This document shows positions 41,211 through 50,809 of a DNA stretch of 64,000 nucleotides, in pieces. The notes beneath the pieces were generated by a model, which saw nothing but the letters and a program-made list of their open reading frames with translations, was not told where the DNA came from and made no database searches. This DNA is from Vineibacter sp. GTDB taxonomy: Bacteria; Pseudomonadota; Alphaproteobacteria; Reyranellales; Reyranellaceae. The first letter of the stretch is position 1. Each line of letters starts with the position of its first letter. The stretch is from contig DATFGV010000359.1 of assembly GCA_035249115.1 (NCBI GenBank), forward strand, positions 6,035 to 70,034, written 5' to 3'. The translations under genes and the position numbers were made by a program.

Positions 41211-42539
41211 TCATTGTTGGTGAATTGCGACTGCGCCCCGCGGCATCTCGCCGCGTGCAACGACCCAGACCGTGCGCCCGGCGTGCCAAGCCACTGTCGC
41301 CGCTTGCCAGGCGACGATCAGCCAGAACGTGGCGCGGCCCAGGCCGAACGCGACGCCGACCAGGAACAGCGGCAGAAAAACGTTGCGGCGCGCAATGACC
41401 GCCCGGACCGCGCCGTCGATTGGCGCATGAGCGTGCAATCCCCTGCCCCTGTAGCGCCACTTGTAGACCGCCAACACCAGCCGATCGGCCACATATAATA
41501 TCAATAACAGGATCGCTGCCCCGATTAGCGGATCGCGCGGCCCGTTCCCTTGCCACCAGGCTGCGACCGCTGGCAGCCCGATCAAGCCGACCGCCCAGGC
41601 GCCATACCAGAAGGGCGGGTGCACAATGTCCAGGCCGTGGTCGAGCACGTTGCCCAGTGCGGACGATGTGAAAGTCAGCCTCGCCACCTTGCCGTCCACC
41701 GAGTCCAGCACGCTCATGACATACGCCAACAGGAAGCCCCACGCCCACCAGCCCAATGCGAAGCACGGTACGGCCGCGAACGTCGCCGCGATGCTGACCC
41801 AGGTAATGGTGTTGGGATGCACCCGCCAGCGTGTCGCGAGCCGGGTCAGCGGCCATACCAGGTAGGGATAAACATAGCGGGTGAAGACATCGGTCGAGCC
41901 CTTGTAGCTGGCGTCGAACAGGAACCGCTCGACCTCCGCCCGAGACCGCGCATCAGTGATGCGGCGCACCCAGAACGGCACGTCGCGGCGCTGCAGAGCG
42001 AGGTGCGCGTCGAAGCCATCAACCGAGAGCTTGCGGGCGGAGCCAGACGTCAGAAGCTGGCCGGCCAACCTGTGCACGTCGGCGGCCGGCGGAACCACCG
42101 CGCCGGGCGCCAGCAGCACCGCAGCGTCGCCCGCCGAACCGGTTTCCGGCCAATCGCCGAACACCGCCGACCAGACCCCCGCCAGGGCGCGCGGCACGGT
42201 GGTGTCGCCGGTGACCACCTGGCTTTCGTGCTGCGCGGAAAGATGGGCGAACAGGCGCGGATCGACGACGCTGTCGCCGGCGACCGCGAATACCGAGTCG
42301 GAGGTCTCGGCCGCGAATGCGGCCAAGCGTGTGGCCGCGTCGCCTTCGCCGCGCCGTACACCCACGCCTCGGTCGATCATCGCCGGCGGCAAGTCGGGCG
42401 CTCCGCCGCCGGTGTCGATGACGATGCGCGCGGCCGGCACGCCACCTTTGAGGGCCGCCGTGACATGTCGTTCGACCAGCGACATGCCGAACGCGGTCAG
42501 GCTCGGTGGCGCAGCCGCGGCGTCGATCCAGACGTGCAT
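41211..42539 (-). CDS. CDP-alcohol phosphatidyltransferase with N-terminal extra domain (paralog 1)
   Basis: DSVDGKVAR...GNVLDHGLD signature; ASYKG.TD, HPPFW. Confidence 0.85.
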   Translation of the reverse strand: MHVWIDAAAAPPSLTAFGMSLVERHVTAALKGGVPAARIVIDTGGGAPDLPPAMIDRGVGVRRGEGDAATRLAAFAAETSDSVFAVAGDSVVDPRLFAHLSAQHESQVVTGDTTVPRALAGVWSAVFGDWPETGSAGDAAVLLAPGAVVPPAADVHRLAGQLLTSGSARKLSVDGFDAHLALQRRDVPFWVRRITDARSRAEVERFLFDASYKGSTDVFTRYVYPYLVWPLTRLATRWRVHPNTITWVSIAATFAAVPCFALGWWAWGFLLAYVMSVLDSVDGKVARLTFTSSALGNVLDHGLDIVHPPFWYGAWAVGLIGLPAVAAWWQGNGPRDPLIGAAILLLILYVADRLVLAVYKWRYRGRGLHAHAPIDGAVRAVIARRNVFLPLFLVGVAFGLGRATFWLIVAWQAATVAWHAGRTVWVVARGEMPRGAVAIHQQ

Positions 42540-42557
42540 CGGCGGACCTCGGCGTCG

Positions 42558-43640
42558 CTACAAGCCCTCGATACGCAGCAGCACGCTGCCGGCGACGCTG
42601 GCGAAAATGATTGGCGAGGCCCAGGCGGCGACCAAGGGCACCACGGCACCGGATTCGCCCAGCGCCAGGGACACGCCGTCGGTGATGAAGAACAGGAAGC
42701 CCAGCGCCACACCCGCCGCCAGCCGCGCGCCCAGGCTGGACATCTTCACGCGCGCCTGCGCCACCGGCGCGGCCAGCAGCAGCATCACTAGGATCACCGC
42801 CGGCAGCGCCAGCCGCCGCTGCAGCCAGGTATCATAAGTGTGGGTCGGCCGCGTGCCGACGGTGGTCCCGGTGCGCAGGACCAGCAGCTCACGGGCCGAG
42901 AACTGTGTCGCCGAGGCGGCGAGGTTGAAGAAATCGGCCGGCCGCAGCGGCGTCTGCCAAATCCATTCGGCCTTACGCTCGGTGCGCGGCCCCTGGGTGT
43001 CGATCGTCTGGACTGTGACGCCTTCAAGCTTCCACTGACCGCGCTGGTAGCGCGCCCCGGAGGCGACGATGCGCTCCACGACATTGGCCGAGTCGTCGCG
43101 GCGCACCAGCGACAGGTTGCTCACGTAGCGGCCCTCGCGCCGCACGTTGATCGCATTGACGATGTAGGCAGGGTCGCGCAGCCAGACGCCCTTGGCCTGG
43201 TCGCGCGAATTGGTTTCGTCGTCGGTCGGCTTTTCCAGCTCGTAGCGCGCCAGCCGCTTCTTTGCCCAGGGCGTCACCTGGTCGGCGATGGCGAGGTGGA
43301 ACAGCGCCACCAGCCCGGCGGCCGGCATCAACAGCAGTAGCATCCGGTAGAACGACATGCCGGCCGCCTTGAAGGCCAGCACCTCGTTCTGTTGCGCCAG
43401 CCCGAGCAGGGTCAGCAGCGCCGCCAGCAGGGTGGCGAAGGGCGTGATCAGGGCGACCATCTCGGGCAGGCGGAACGCCATATAGCGCGGCACAATCAGG
43501 AAGCCCTCGCCGTAGCGCTTCTCGATCGTGTCGGCGTTGTTGAGCACGTCGAACAGCAGCGCCATCAGCGCGAAGCCGAAGACGATCAGCGCCAGCCGCT
43601 TGAAGAACAGCCGCGACAGGTAGCGCCCGGAAACGCTCAT
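42558..43640 (-). CDS. lptG: LptG-family permease
   Basis: Three TM, E..A.KAAG.S, periplasmic beta region, three TM ending AAW.SP; probably a paralog rather than the LPS copy. Confidence 0.8.
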   Translation of the reverse strand: MSVSGRYLSRLFFKRLALIVFGFALMALLFDVLNNADTIEKRYGEGFLIVPRYMAFRLPEMVALITPFATLLAALLTLLGLAQQNEVLAFKAAGMSFYRMLLLLMPAAGLVALFHLAIADQVTPWAKKRLARYELEKPTDDETNSRDQAKGVWLRDPAYIVNAINVRREGRYVSNLSLVRRDDSANVVERIVASGARYQRGQWKLEGVTVQTIDTQGPRTERKAEWIWQTPLRPADFFNLAASATQFSARELLVLRTGTTVGTRPTHTYDTWLQRRLALPAVILVMLLLAAPVAQARVKMSSLGARLAAGVALGFLFFITDGVSLALGESGAVVPLVAAWASPIIFASVAGSVLLRIEGL

Positions 43641-43647
43641 CGCCGCC

Positions 43648-44925
43648 CTAGCGCCCGAACGCGCGACGCACACCGGCGACCAGGTTGGCGCGCCAGCGTT
43701 CCACCGCCTCGAACATGGTCTCCACCGGATTGTCGCGCGGCCGTTCCTTGACCAGCCAGAACAGGAACAGGCTGAGCAGCGTCATAGCGAGCCACGGCGC
43801 CCACAGGCCGAGCCACGGCGACATCTTGCCGTAGTCGGCGGCCTTCTCGCCGAACTGCAGCACGTAGTTGTACAAAGCGAGCAGGACCACGCCGGCCACC
43901 AGGCCGGTCGCCTTCTGGCTGCGGCGCGACGCCAACCCGAGCGGCAGGGACATGAACGGCAGGAACAGCAAGGAGACCAGGCGGACCAGCCGCGCGTGCA
44001 TTTCCGACTGCAGCCGGTTGCCCTTGAACTCGAGCGGTTGCGCTTCGGCGCCGCACGGCCAGGGAGGCGGGTTCGGGGCGTGACCGAGCCCCTTGAGCCG
44101 CAGCTGGCACAGCAGTTCGGGGAAGGTCAGCTCGCGCTCGCCGCTGCGGTCGCGAAACGGATCGGACGACGCGACTTCCATCGGCAGGTCGAAGCGTTCG
44201 AAGGTCAGCACTGTGACCTTGTCGCTGTCGCGCTGCGACTCGACGCGCCTGCCGTTGCGCAGCTTGAGCACGATCATGCCGGTGTCGGGCAGCCGTGACG
44301 CCTCGCCGGTTTCGGCGGTCATCAGCACGGCACCGCCATCGGACTTGCGCTGCTGCACGAACACGCCCTTAAAGGTCCGGCCGTTGTCGCCCATGTCCTC
44401 GATCAGCACCGTGTAGTTGCCGATGCCGTTGAAGAAGGCGCCCTTCTCGACCGCCAGATCCCAGGCGGAATTGGTCGCCGCCCACATCAGCGCGCGAAAC
44501 TCGTAGCGGGTCAACGGTTGCAGCCAGCCGACCAGCAGCACCATCACCAGCGTGGTCGCAACCGTCAGCCCGACGATCGGCATCAGCAGACGGGTCAGCC
44601 CGACGCCGGCCGACTGCAAGGCATCGAGCTCGCTGTCGACGCTGAGCCGGGTGGCGCAGAGAGTGATGCCGAGGAACAGGGCCAGCGGCAGGGCGACGCC
44701 CAGATAGTGCGGAATGAGGTTGGCCAGAAGCTTCAGCACCAGCAGTAGCGGGCCGCCTTGGCTGACCATCAGCTCCATCAGCCGCACCATGCGCTCCAGC
44801 AGCAGCGCCACGAGCGCGATGCCGATCGAGGCGGTCAACGGCACGAGCGCCCGCTCCAGCACGTAGCGGTCGATGCGGGTGATGGTGAAGCCCGGCGACC
44901 TGTGGGCTATCGATGCCAGTGACAT
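43648..44925 (-). CDS. lptF: LptF-family permease
   Basis: IDRY, RLSVDSELDALQSAG, G.F, LRNG.R, EMH.R, LPLG. Confidence 0.8.
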   Translation of the reverse strand: MSLASIAHRSPGFTITRIDRYVLERALVPLTASIGIALVALLLERMVRLMELMVSQGGPLLLVLKLLANLIPHYLGVALPLALFLGITLCATRLSVDSELDALQSAGVGLTRLLMPIVGLTVATTLVMVLLVGWLQPLTRYEFRALMWAATNSAWDLAVEKGAFFNGIGNYTVLIEDMGDNGRTFKGVFVQQRKSDGGAVLMTAETGEASRLPDTGMIVLKLRNGRRVESQRDSDKVTVLTFERFDLPMEVASSDPFRDRSGERELTFPELLCQLRLKGLGHAPNPPPWPCGAEAQPLEFKGNRLQSEMHARLVRLVSLLFLPFMSLPLGLASRRSQKATGLVAGVVLLALYNYVLQFGEKAADYGKMSPWLGLWAPWLAMTLLSLFLFWLVKERPRDNPVETMFEAVERWRANLVAGVRRAFGR

Positions 44926-44936
44926 GGCGACGGCCG

Positions 44937-45383
44937 TCAGCCGACCTCGGCCCAGACGCGTTTGAGGTGTGCTGCGAGATCGGCCAGGACGGTGGGACCC
45001 AACGGCGGATTGAAGCCGATGTTGGGCGCCGCCGGCCAGCCCGGGTCAGTAAATTCCTGCCCGCCAAACTGCCTCGGCGCTGCATAGCGAGGCAGCACAT
45101 GGAAATGTACGTCCGGGTCGACCATCATCAGCATCAGCCAGTTGATTTTGTCATAGGCGAAAGCCTTCCTCAGGCAACGTTCGATCCGCTCGACCTGCGC
45201 CTTCATGTCGGCGTGCGCCGCAGTGCTCATCGCCGAGAACGCAGTCACTGGCTCCTTACAAACCAAGACCAACGCTCCCAGGGTCGCCTGCGCCTGGCGT
45301 GCCTGAATGCACCAATACGGCGACTCCGCGATCAGGGTGGCGGGGTAGCCGAACTTGCTCATGGTGGCGTTGGGCGTGGCCAT
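44937..45383 (-). CDS. HIT family hydrolase
   Basis: KIN.LMLMMVDPDVHFHVLPRY. Confidence 0.8.
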   Translation of the reverse strand: MATPNATMSKFGYPATLIAESPYWCIQARQAQATLGALVLVCKEPVTAFSAMSTAAHADMKAQVERIERCLRKAFAYDKINWLMLMMVDPDVHFHVLPRYAAPRQFGGQEFTDPGWPAAPNIGFNPPLGPTVLADLAAHLKRVWAEVG

Positions 45384-45496
45384 CTTGCAGGCTCCGAAAC
45401 GACCAAGCGGCGGCGGCGCCTGAATGGTCAAGCGCCTCTAACCGTCCCGCCCGGCGTGGTAGGCGAAATCCAGGCAACTTACAATGAGGCCACGCT

Positions 45497-46426
45497 TCAC
45501 GCCGCCCGGGCCGGTGTGACCACTGGTCGCGGCGCACGCAGCCGGAACCGCCGCTCGACGCGGCACCCGGCGAGGTCGCCAGCGATCATCCGCACCTCCA
45601 CATCAATCGACCAGCCATCGGCATCGGCCCCAACCGCAATCAGATGATAGCCGCCGGCCCCGTAGCGCGACTCTGGCGTGGCCGACGCCGAAGCGGCGCC
45701 GAGCGCCGGTACGCCGCCCGCTGGCGTGTCAATCCGCGCAAGTTGAGCGCGGTGGTTGTGACCATATAGGATCAGCTCGGCGCCGGTCCGGGCGATGGCG
45801 GCCCGGAAAGCTGCGCCATCGGTCAGGCCCTTGCGCCGCGAGGCGCCGCCGATCTGCGGCGGATGATGGATCAGTACAATTCGGCACAGACCTTCGGCCG
45901 CAAGGTCGCGCATGACCGCCTCGATTCGCGCGATCTGCGCCGTGCCCAAAGTGCCGGCCGCCACGAAAGTTGGCATAGGCACGGCGGTGCTGAGCCCGAC
46001 GAATGCCACCGGGCCGCGCCGGCGAACAAAGGGAAACACCGGTGGAGTGGTCGCCGCCGCGCCATCGCCGGCCATGTTCGCTGCCCATTGCTCGAAGCCC
46101 TCGCCAGCCGGGCGTCGGACATAGGCGTCGTGATTGCCGGGGATCACAGTCACCCGATCAGGTTGTCCGAGGCTCGCCAGCCATGTCGCTGCCTGGCGGT
46201 ACTCCGCCATGGTCGAGATGTTGGCGATGTCGCCGGTCACCACGATATGGTCCGGCCGGGCCGCAACGATATCGGCCACGGTCGCAGCCAGCGCCTCAGG
46301 TCGATGGATGAAGCGCCGACGCCGGGTCCAGGACAGCCAGCCTGTTACGCGCTTGGAAAGGAGTTCGGCGGCCTGGACCGGCGGCAGCGGCAGGTGCGGG
46401 TCCGACAAATGCGCAAAGGTGAACAC
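45497..46426 (-). CDS. Calcineurin-like metallophosphoesterase (CpdA/Icc-like)
   Basis: SDPH, TGD, PGNHD, HHPP, GHNH. Confidence 0.88.
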   Translation of the reverse strand: MFTFAHLSDPHLPLPPVQAAELLSKRVTGWLSWTRRRRFIHRPEALAATVADIVAARPDHIVVTGDIANISTMAEYRQAATWLASLGQPDRVTVIPGNHDAYVRRPAGEGFEQWAANMAGDGAAATTPPVFPFVRRRGPVAFVGLSTAVPMPTFVAAGTLGTAQIARIEAVMRDLAAEGLCRIVLIHHPPQIGGASRRKGLTDGAAFRAAIARTGAELILYGHNHRAQLARIDTPAGGVPALGAASASATPESRYGAGGYHLIAVGADADGWSIDVEVRMIAGDLAGCRVERRFRLRAPRPVVTPARAA

Positions 46427-46442
46427 TGGCGCGATCCGGCGC

Positions 46443-46760
46443 CTAGTCGCGCCCCGCCTCCGAAGCCTCGGCCCGATCCAGGACGGCGCGGCCGCGCGAC
46501 GTCAGCAGCACGGCCGAGGTGCCATCCTCGATGCGCACCAGGCCGTCGATCACCGTGTCTTCCCACACCGACTGGCGCGGGCAGGTGCTGCGCCACGCTT
46601 CCATGACATCGGCGCGGGTGCGTGGTCGGGCCGCAACCCAGGCCAGGAACTGGATGGCGAGCAAACTGACGGTTGGCAGGTTCGATGGCTCGCTGGATCG
46701 CCGGCTTCGGATGGTCACCCTGGGCCCGCGGCGGCTCGGAGGCTCGTTTCGTAGCTGCAT
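46443..46760 (-). CDS. Small conserved hypothetical protein (winged-helix-like)
   Basis: QFLAWVAARPRT.ADVMEAWRSTCPR..VWED..IDGLV...LT.RGRA; start uncertain. Confidence 0.55.
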   Translation of the reverse strand: MQLRNEPPSRRGPRVTIRSRRSSEPSNLPTVSLLAIQFLAWVAARPRTRADVMEAWRSTCPRQSVWEDTVIDGLVRIEDGTSAVLLTSRGRAVLDRAEASEAGRD

Positions 46761-46900
46761 GGCGACATTCTGCCACGGACAGTCGTTTTGCGCGAGGTAT
46801 CAGGCGTCAATAGCCGCTGCTTGCGACATCGGGCGTTCTTCCCTAAACCTCGGTCCAACGGCCGCACCCATGATGGCCGCGTCCGCCCCCGCCGCCACCC

Positions 46901-48082
46901 GTGACCCAGACGACCACAGACACGACGCCTCCCTCACTGACCGTCTGTCTGGTCGGCAAGAGCGACGCACGGCCGTTTTCCCAGACAGCCCTGGAACGCG
47001 CGCGCCGGACCTTCGCGCGGGCCGGCGTCGACGATGTTCGGGATGAAGGGGAAGCAGCAGGGGGTGAAGGCCGGGTCGTGCTGCTGCGCGCCGACTACGT
47101 CTTCGACGACGCCCTGGCGCAGCCATTGGTCGAGCGCCCGGACATGGCATTGCTGGCGCCCGGTTCCGGCCGGCCGGTGGCGGCCAATGTGGCCGCCGAC
47201 AGCGTCGAGTCGGCGCGGAACCTCCTGTTGGCCGCTTCGGCGGGCCGAACCGATGTTGAAGCGCTGGGCCTGCGGCCGCTCACGCCGGAGTCGCTGGGCG
47301 TGTCCTACCGCAAAAACCTGCGCAATTTCGTGCCACCCTACGTGTTGTCCGCTCGCGAAATGGGAGTCGCGGCGATCGAGCGGCACATGTTCATGGCCTC
47401 CTACAAGGGCCTGACTGATCTCGTGACCAAATACGTCTGGCCGGCGCCGGCACTGGTCGTCACCAGGTGGTGCGCCGCGCTGGGCATCTCGCCCAACGCG
47501 GTCACCCTCGTCAGCTTTCTCTGCGTCGTGGCGGCTGCCGTGCTGTTCTGGTTCGGCTGGTTCGCCACCGGCCTGCTGTTCGCCTGGACGATGTGCTTCC
47601 TCGACACGGTCGACGGCAAGCTGGCCCGGGTCACCCTGACCTCGTCGAAATGGGGCAACGTCTTCGACCACGGCACTGACCTGATCCACCCTCCGTTCTG
47701 GTGGTTCGCCTGGTACTGGGCCCTGGGAACCCTGACCGATACGCCGCCGGGCATGCAGGCCGCGATGTGGATCGTGCTCGCTGGCTATGTGCTAGGCCGG
47801 GTTGAGGAAGGCATCTTCCTGTGGGCCTTCAAGTTCGAGATGTTCACCTGGCGGCCGATCGACGCCGCATCGCGCCTGGTGACGGCGCGGCGCAATCCCA
47901 ACCTGATCATCCTCTCGGTCTTCACCCTGCTGGGCAGGCCCGATCTCGGTCTGGCCGCCGTCGCCGCCTGGACGGTGATCTGCATCGCCTTCCACGCCAT
48001 TCGCATCGCCCAGGCCTTCGCCGAACGCGCCCGCGGACGGCCGGTCGCCTCCTACCTCGCCGGATCCGGGGCACCGGCATGA
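46901..48082 (+). CDS. CDP-alcohol phosphatidyltransferase (paralog 2, CpgA-like)
   Basis: DTVDGKLAR...GNVFDHGTD; ASYKGLTD, HPPFW, TARRNPN. Confidence 0.87.
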   Translation: MTQTTTDTTPPSLTVCLVGKSDARPFSQTALERARRTFARAGVDDVRDEGEAAGGEGRVVLLRADYVFDDALAQPLVERPDMALLAPGSGRPVAANVAADSVESARNLLLAASAGRTDVEALGLRPLTPESLGVSYRKNLRNFVPPYVLSAREMGVAAIERHMFMASYKGLTDLVTKYVWPAPALVVTRWCAALGISPNAVTLVSFLCVVAAAVLFWFGWFATGLLFAWTMCFLDTVDGKLARVTLTSSKWGNVFDHGTDLIHPPFWWFAWYWALGTLTDTPPGMQAAMWIVLAGYVLGRVEEGIFLWAFKFEMFTWRPIDAASRLVTARRNPNLIILSVFTLLGRPDLGLAAVAAWTVICIAFHAIRIAQAFAERARGRPVASYLAGSGAPA

Positions 48083-49077
48083 GCGCCGCGACGTCGCTGG
48101 ACGAGGCTCGGGCGATCTTGCGTGCCCTGATCGCGCGCGAGGCCGACCAGGACGTCGGCGCCGTGGCGCGCGCCATGAGCGATGCGATCGTCGCGCGCCA
48201 CAAGGACTGCCTGCTCGCGACGCTGTTCTACGGTTCGTGCCTGAGGCCTGCCGACGCGCGCGATACGACAACGATCGGCCCGGGCAATGAGGACGAGCGG
48301 CTGATGGATTTCTATGCCGTCGTCAACGACCTGCGGCGGGCCAATGGAGGCTGGCTGGCGGCGCTTGGCAACCGGTTGCTGCCACCCAACGTCTTCTACC
48401 TGGAAGTGCCGTACGACGGCGGCCGCGTGCGCTGCAAATACGCGATCGTAACCCTGACGCAGTTCCGCCGCCTGGTGCGTGCCGAGACGCGACAGAACTA
48501 TTTCTGGGGCCGTTTCTGCCAGCCGACCGCAATCCCGTTCGCGCGCGGCGCCGGCACGCAGGATGCCCTGGTCAACGCGCTGGCCGATGCCGTGGTGACG
48601 ACGGTGCAGGCTACGGCGCCGCTGATGGCAGCGCCGTTCAGACCGCGCGATTTGTGGACCCGCGCGCTGGCAGAGAGTTACGCCGCCGAGCTTCGACCGG
48701 AGTCGGCCGACCGCGCGGTACAGGTGTACGACGCGCATGATGCGCGCTACGCGGCGCTGACCTCGGCATCTCTGACCGCCGCTGGTTATGAAGCGCCAAT
48801 CGGCGCTGACGGCAGGTTTGCGCCAGTGGCAGACGCGACAGGCCAGCGTCGCGCGCGACGCGTCTGGTTGTGGCGTCGGGTGCTGGGCAAGACGCTGAAC
48901 GTATTGCGGCTTGCCAAGGCAGTGTTCACCTTCGAAGGCGGCGCTGACTACGTCGCCTGGAAAATCCAGCGCCACTCCGGCGTGCGCGTCGACATCAGTG
49001 ACTGGCAGCGCCGTCACCCGTTGCTCGCCTCGCCGATCCTGGCGGTGCGCTACTGGCGACGCGGCGCGTTTCGCTGA
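48079..49077 (+). CDS. Tam41/Mmp37-like nucleotidyltransferase (CpgC-like)
   Basis: FYGS...DFY..V, LPPNVFY, KY, WGRF.QP, Y.AELR.E, KA.FTF.GG.DY..WKI.RH; ATGA-coupled to the upstream gene. Confidence 0.68.
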   Translation: MSAATSLDEARAILRALIAREADQDVGAVARAMSDAIVARHKDCLLATLFYGSCLRPADARDTTTIGPGNEDERLMDFYAVVNDLRRANGGWLAALGNRLLPPNVFYLEVPYDGGRVRCKYAIVTLTQFRRLVRAETRQNYFWGRFCQPTAIPFARGAGTQDALVNALADAVVTTVQATAPLMAAPFRPRDLWTRALAESYAAELRPESADRAVQVYDAHDARYAALTSASLTAAGYEAPIGADGRFAPVADATGQRRARRVWLWRRVLGKTLNVLRLAKAVFTFEGGADYVAWKIQRHSGVRVDISDWQRRHPLLASPILAVRYWRRGAFR

Positions 49078-49987
49078 CGGAAGCCTCGTCCAGCAGCCAA
49101 CGCACCATCGCGTCGGCCCTGGGCGACGGCCGCGCCCGAGTCACGATGTAATAGCCGTGCGTCACGCGGCGCGGCGCGCCGAACGGCCGCACCAGACGGC
49201 CAGCGGAGAGATGGTCGTCGACCAGGACGCTGCGGCCGATAGCGATGCCGAGGCCCTCGATCGCCGCCTGGTAGAGGACCGCGCTGTCGGTGAAGTGGAG
49301 GCCTTGGGCCAGATCGATGTCGTCCAGCCCGGACTCGTGTAGCCACGGCCCCCAGTTGATCCACGGTTCGTTACGGCGCGCGCCGGAATCGTGCAGCAAC
49401 GTATGACGCCGCAGATCGGTGATGCGTCGTGGCGGTCGCACGCCACCCAGCAGCAAAGGCGAGCAGATGGGAAAGGCCTCTTCGTGCAAAAAAGCGATGG
49501 CGCGCAGGCCTGGAAAACGGCCGGTGCCGTAGCGGATCGCCAAGTCGACGTTCTCGCGGTCGAGATCGATCACGGCGGTTTCGGCCCGCACGTGCAGGTC
49601 AATCGCTGGGTGGCGGGCCCGTAACCGCGCCAGTCGGTGGAGCAGCCAGCCGGAGGCGAAGGACGGCAGCACGCTGATCACCAGCGGTCCGGTCAGCCGC
49701 TCAGCACGGATGCCCGCGATAGCCGCCTCGAGCGCCTCGAAGCCCCGCGTCAGGCCAGGCAAGCAGGCCCGGCCGGCCTCGGTCAGCGCCAGGCCGCGCG
49801 GCAAGCGGGTGAACAACGCGGTCCGCAGCCGTGCTTCCAGCAGCTTGACGTGGTGGCTGATCGCGGCCGGGGTCAGCGCCAGTTCGGTGCCGGCCTTGAC
49901 GAAGCTGCCGTGACGCGCCGCCGCCTCAAAGGCGCGCAGCGACAGCAGCGGTGGAAGACTCCTGGCCAGCGGTGTCCTGAGGCTCAA
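48995..49987 (-). CDS. LysR-family regulator (GcvA-like)
   Basis: LPPL.SLRAFEAAARHGSF, DLAIRYG, TLLH, G.GIA. Confidence 0.9.
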   Translation of the reverse strand: MSLRTPLARSLPPLLSLRAFEAAARHGSFVKAGTELALTPAAISHHVKLLEARLRTALFTRLPRGLALTEAGRACLPGLTRGFEALEAAIAGIRAERLTGPLVISVLPSFASGWLLHRLARLRARHPAIDLHVRAETAVIDLDRENVDLAIRYGTGRFPGLRAIAFLHEEAFPICSPLLLGGVRPPRRITDLRRHTLLHDSGARRNEPWINWGPWLHESGLDDIDLAQGLHFTDSAVLYQAAIEGLGIAIGRSVLVDDHLSAGRLVRPFGAPRRVTHGYYIVTRARPSPRADAMVRWLLDEASVSETRRVASSAPPGSARRATGDGAASH

Positions 49988-50021
49988 TCCTGCTTAGCCT
50001 AAGACCTCAGCCTATTCGTTT
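49981..50021. promoter_or_regulatory. LysR T-N11-A box in the divergent lysR/gst region
   Basis: GGCT-CAATCCTGCTT-AGCC dyad followed by TATTCGTTTG. Confidence 0.5.
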
Positions 50022-50074
50022 GCCGCACCGCCGTCTGCTGCCTAGCGTGCGCCAATGGTCTCGGGAGCCCGACA

Positions 50075-50680
50075 ATGACTACGCTGCACGACAACACCGA
50101 CTCCGGCAACTGCTACAAGGTGCGGTTGGCCCTGGTGCAGCTCGGCCAACGGTTCCAGCGCATCGAATACGACACCGATCACGGCGCCACCCGCACGCCA
50201 ACCTTCCTGGCCAAGAACCCAAATGGCCGCGTGCCGGTCCTGGAACTCGATGACGGAACGTGCCTTGCAGAGTCCGACGCCATTCTGTGGTATCTGGCCG
50301 AAGGCACCGCACTGCTGCCTGCCGACCGGCTGGAGCGGGCGCGCGTCCTGCAATGGATGTTCTTCGAGCAGTACAGCCATGAGCCGTACGTCGCGGTGGT
50401 GCGACACTGGGTTAAGCACAAGCTGATCGACGCGGCACGCGAAGCGCAGCTGCCCGAGCGACGAGCCAAGGGCATCGCGGCGCTCGACGTGATGGAGCGG
50501 CATCTGACGTCGCGCCGGTTCTTCGTCGGCGAGCGCTATTCGATCGCCGACATTGCGCTCTATGCCTACACCCACGTGGCGCACGAGGGCGATTTCGACC
50601 TGGCGTCTTACCCGGCCATTCGCGCCTGGCTCGACCGCGTGCGCACCCAGCCCGGCCACGTCTCGATCGACGACGCCTAA
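50075..50680 (+). CDS. Glutathione S-transferase family protein
   Basis: SGNCYKV, NPNGRVPVL, ESDAI, FFEQYSHEP, SIADI. Confidence 0.92.
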   Translation: MTTLHDNTDSGNCYKVRLALVQLGQRFQRIEYDTDHGATRTPTFLAKNPNGRVPVLELDDGTCLAESDAILWYLAEGTALLPADRLERARVLQWMFFEQYSHEPYVAVVRHWVKHKLIDAAREAQLPERRAKGIAALDVMERHLTSRRFFVGERYSIADIALYAYTHVAHEGDFDLASYPAIRAWLDRVRTQPGHVSIDDA

Positions 50681-50746
50681 CCGGATTTCTTGAAGCTGAT
50701 CGGTCCTGATCCGAAGCGGCAAGGACGCATGCAGTCGCCTGCGGTT

Positions 50747-50809
50747 CTAGAAGCGCCGGCTGATGACCCGGCCGGCGCATCCTGGAACGGCGACGTGCAT
50801 CGGCGACAT
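50747..50809 (-). other. 20-aa sORF or gene remnant with a perfect SD
   Basis: AAGGAGGT-5nt-ATG; MSPMHVAVPGCAGRVISRRF. Confidence 0.3.
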
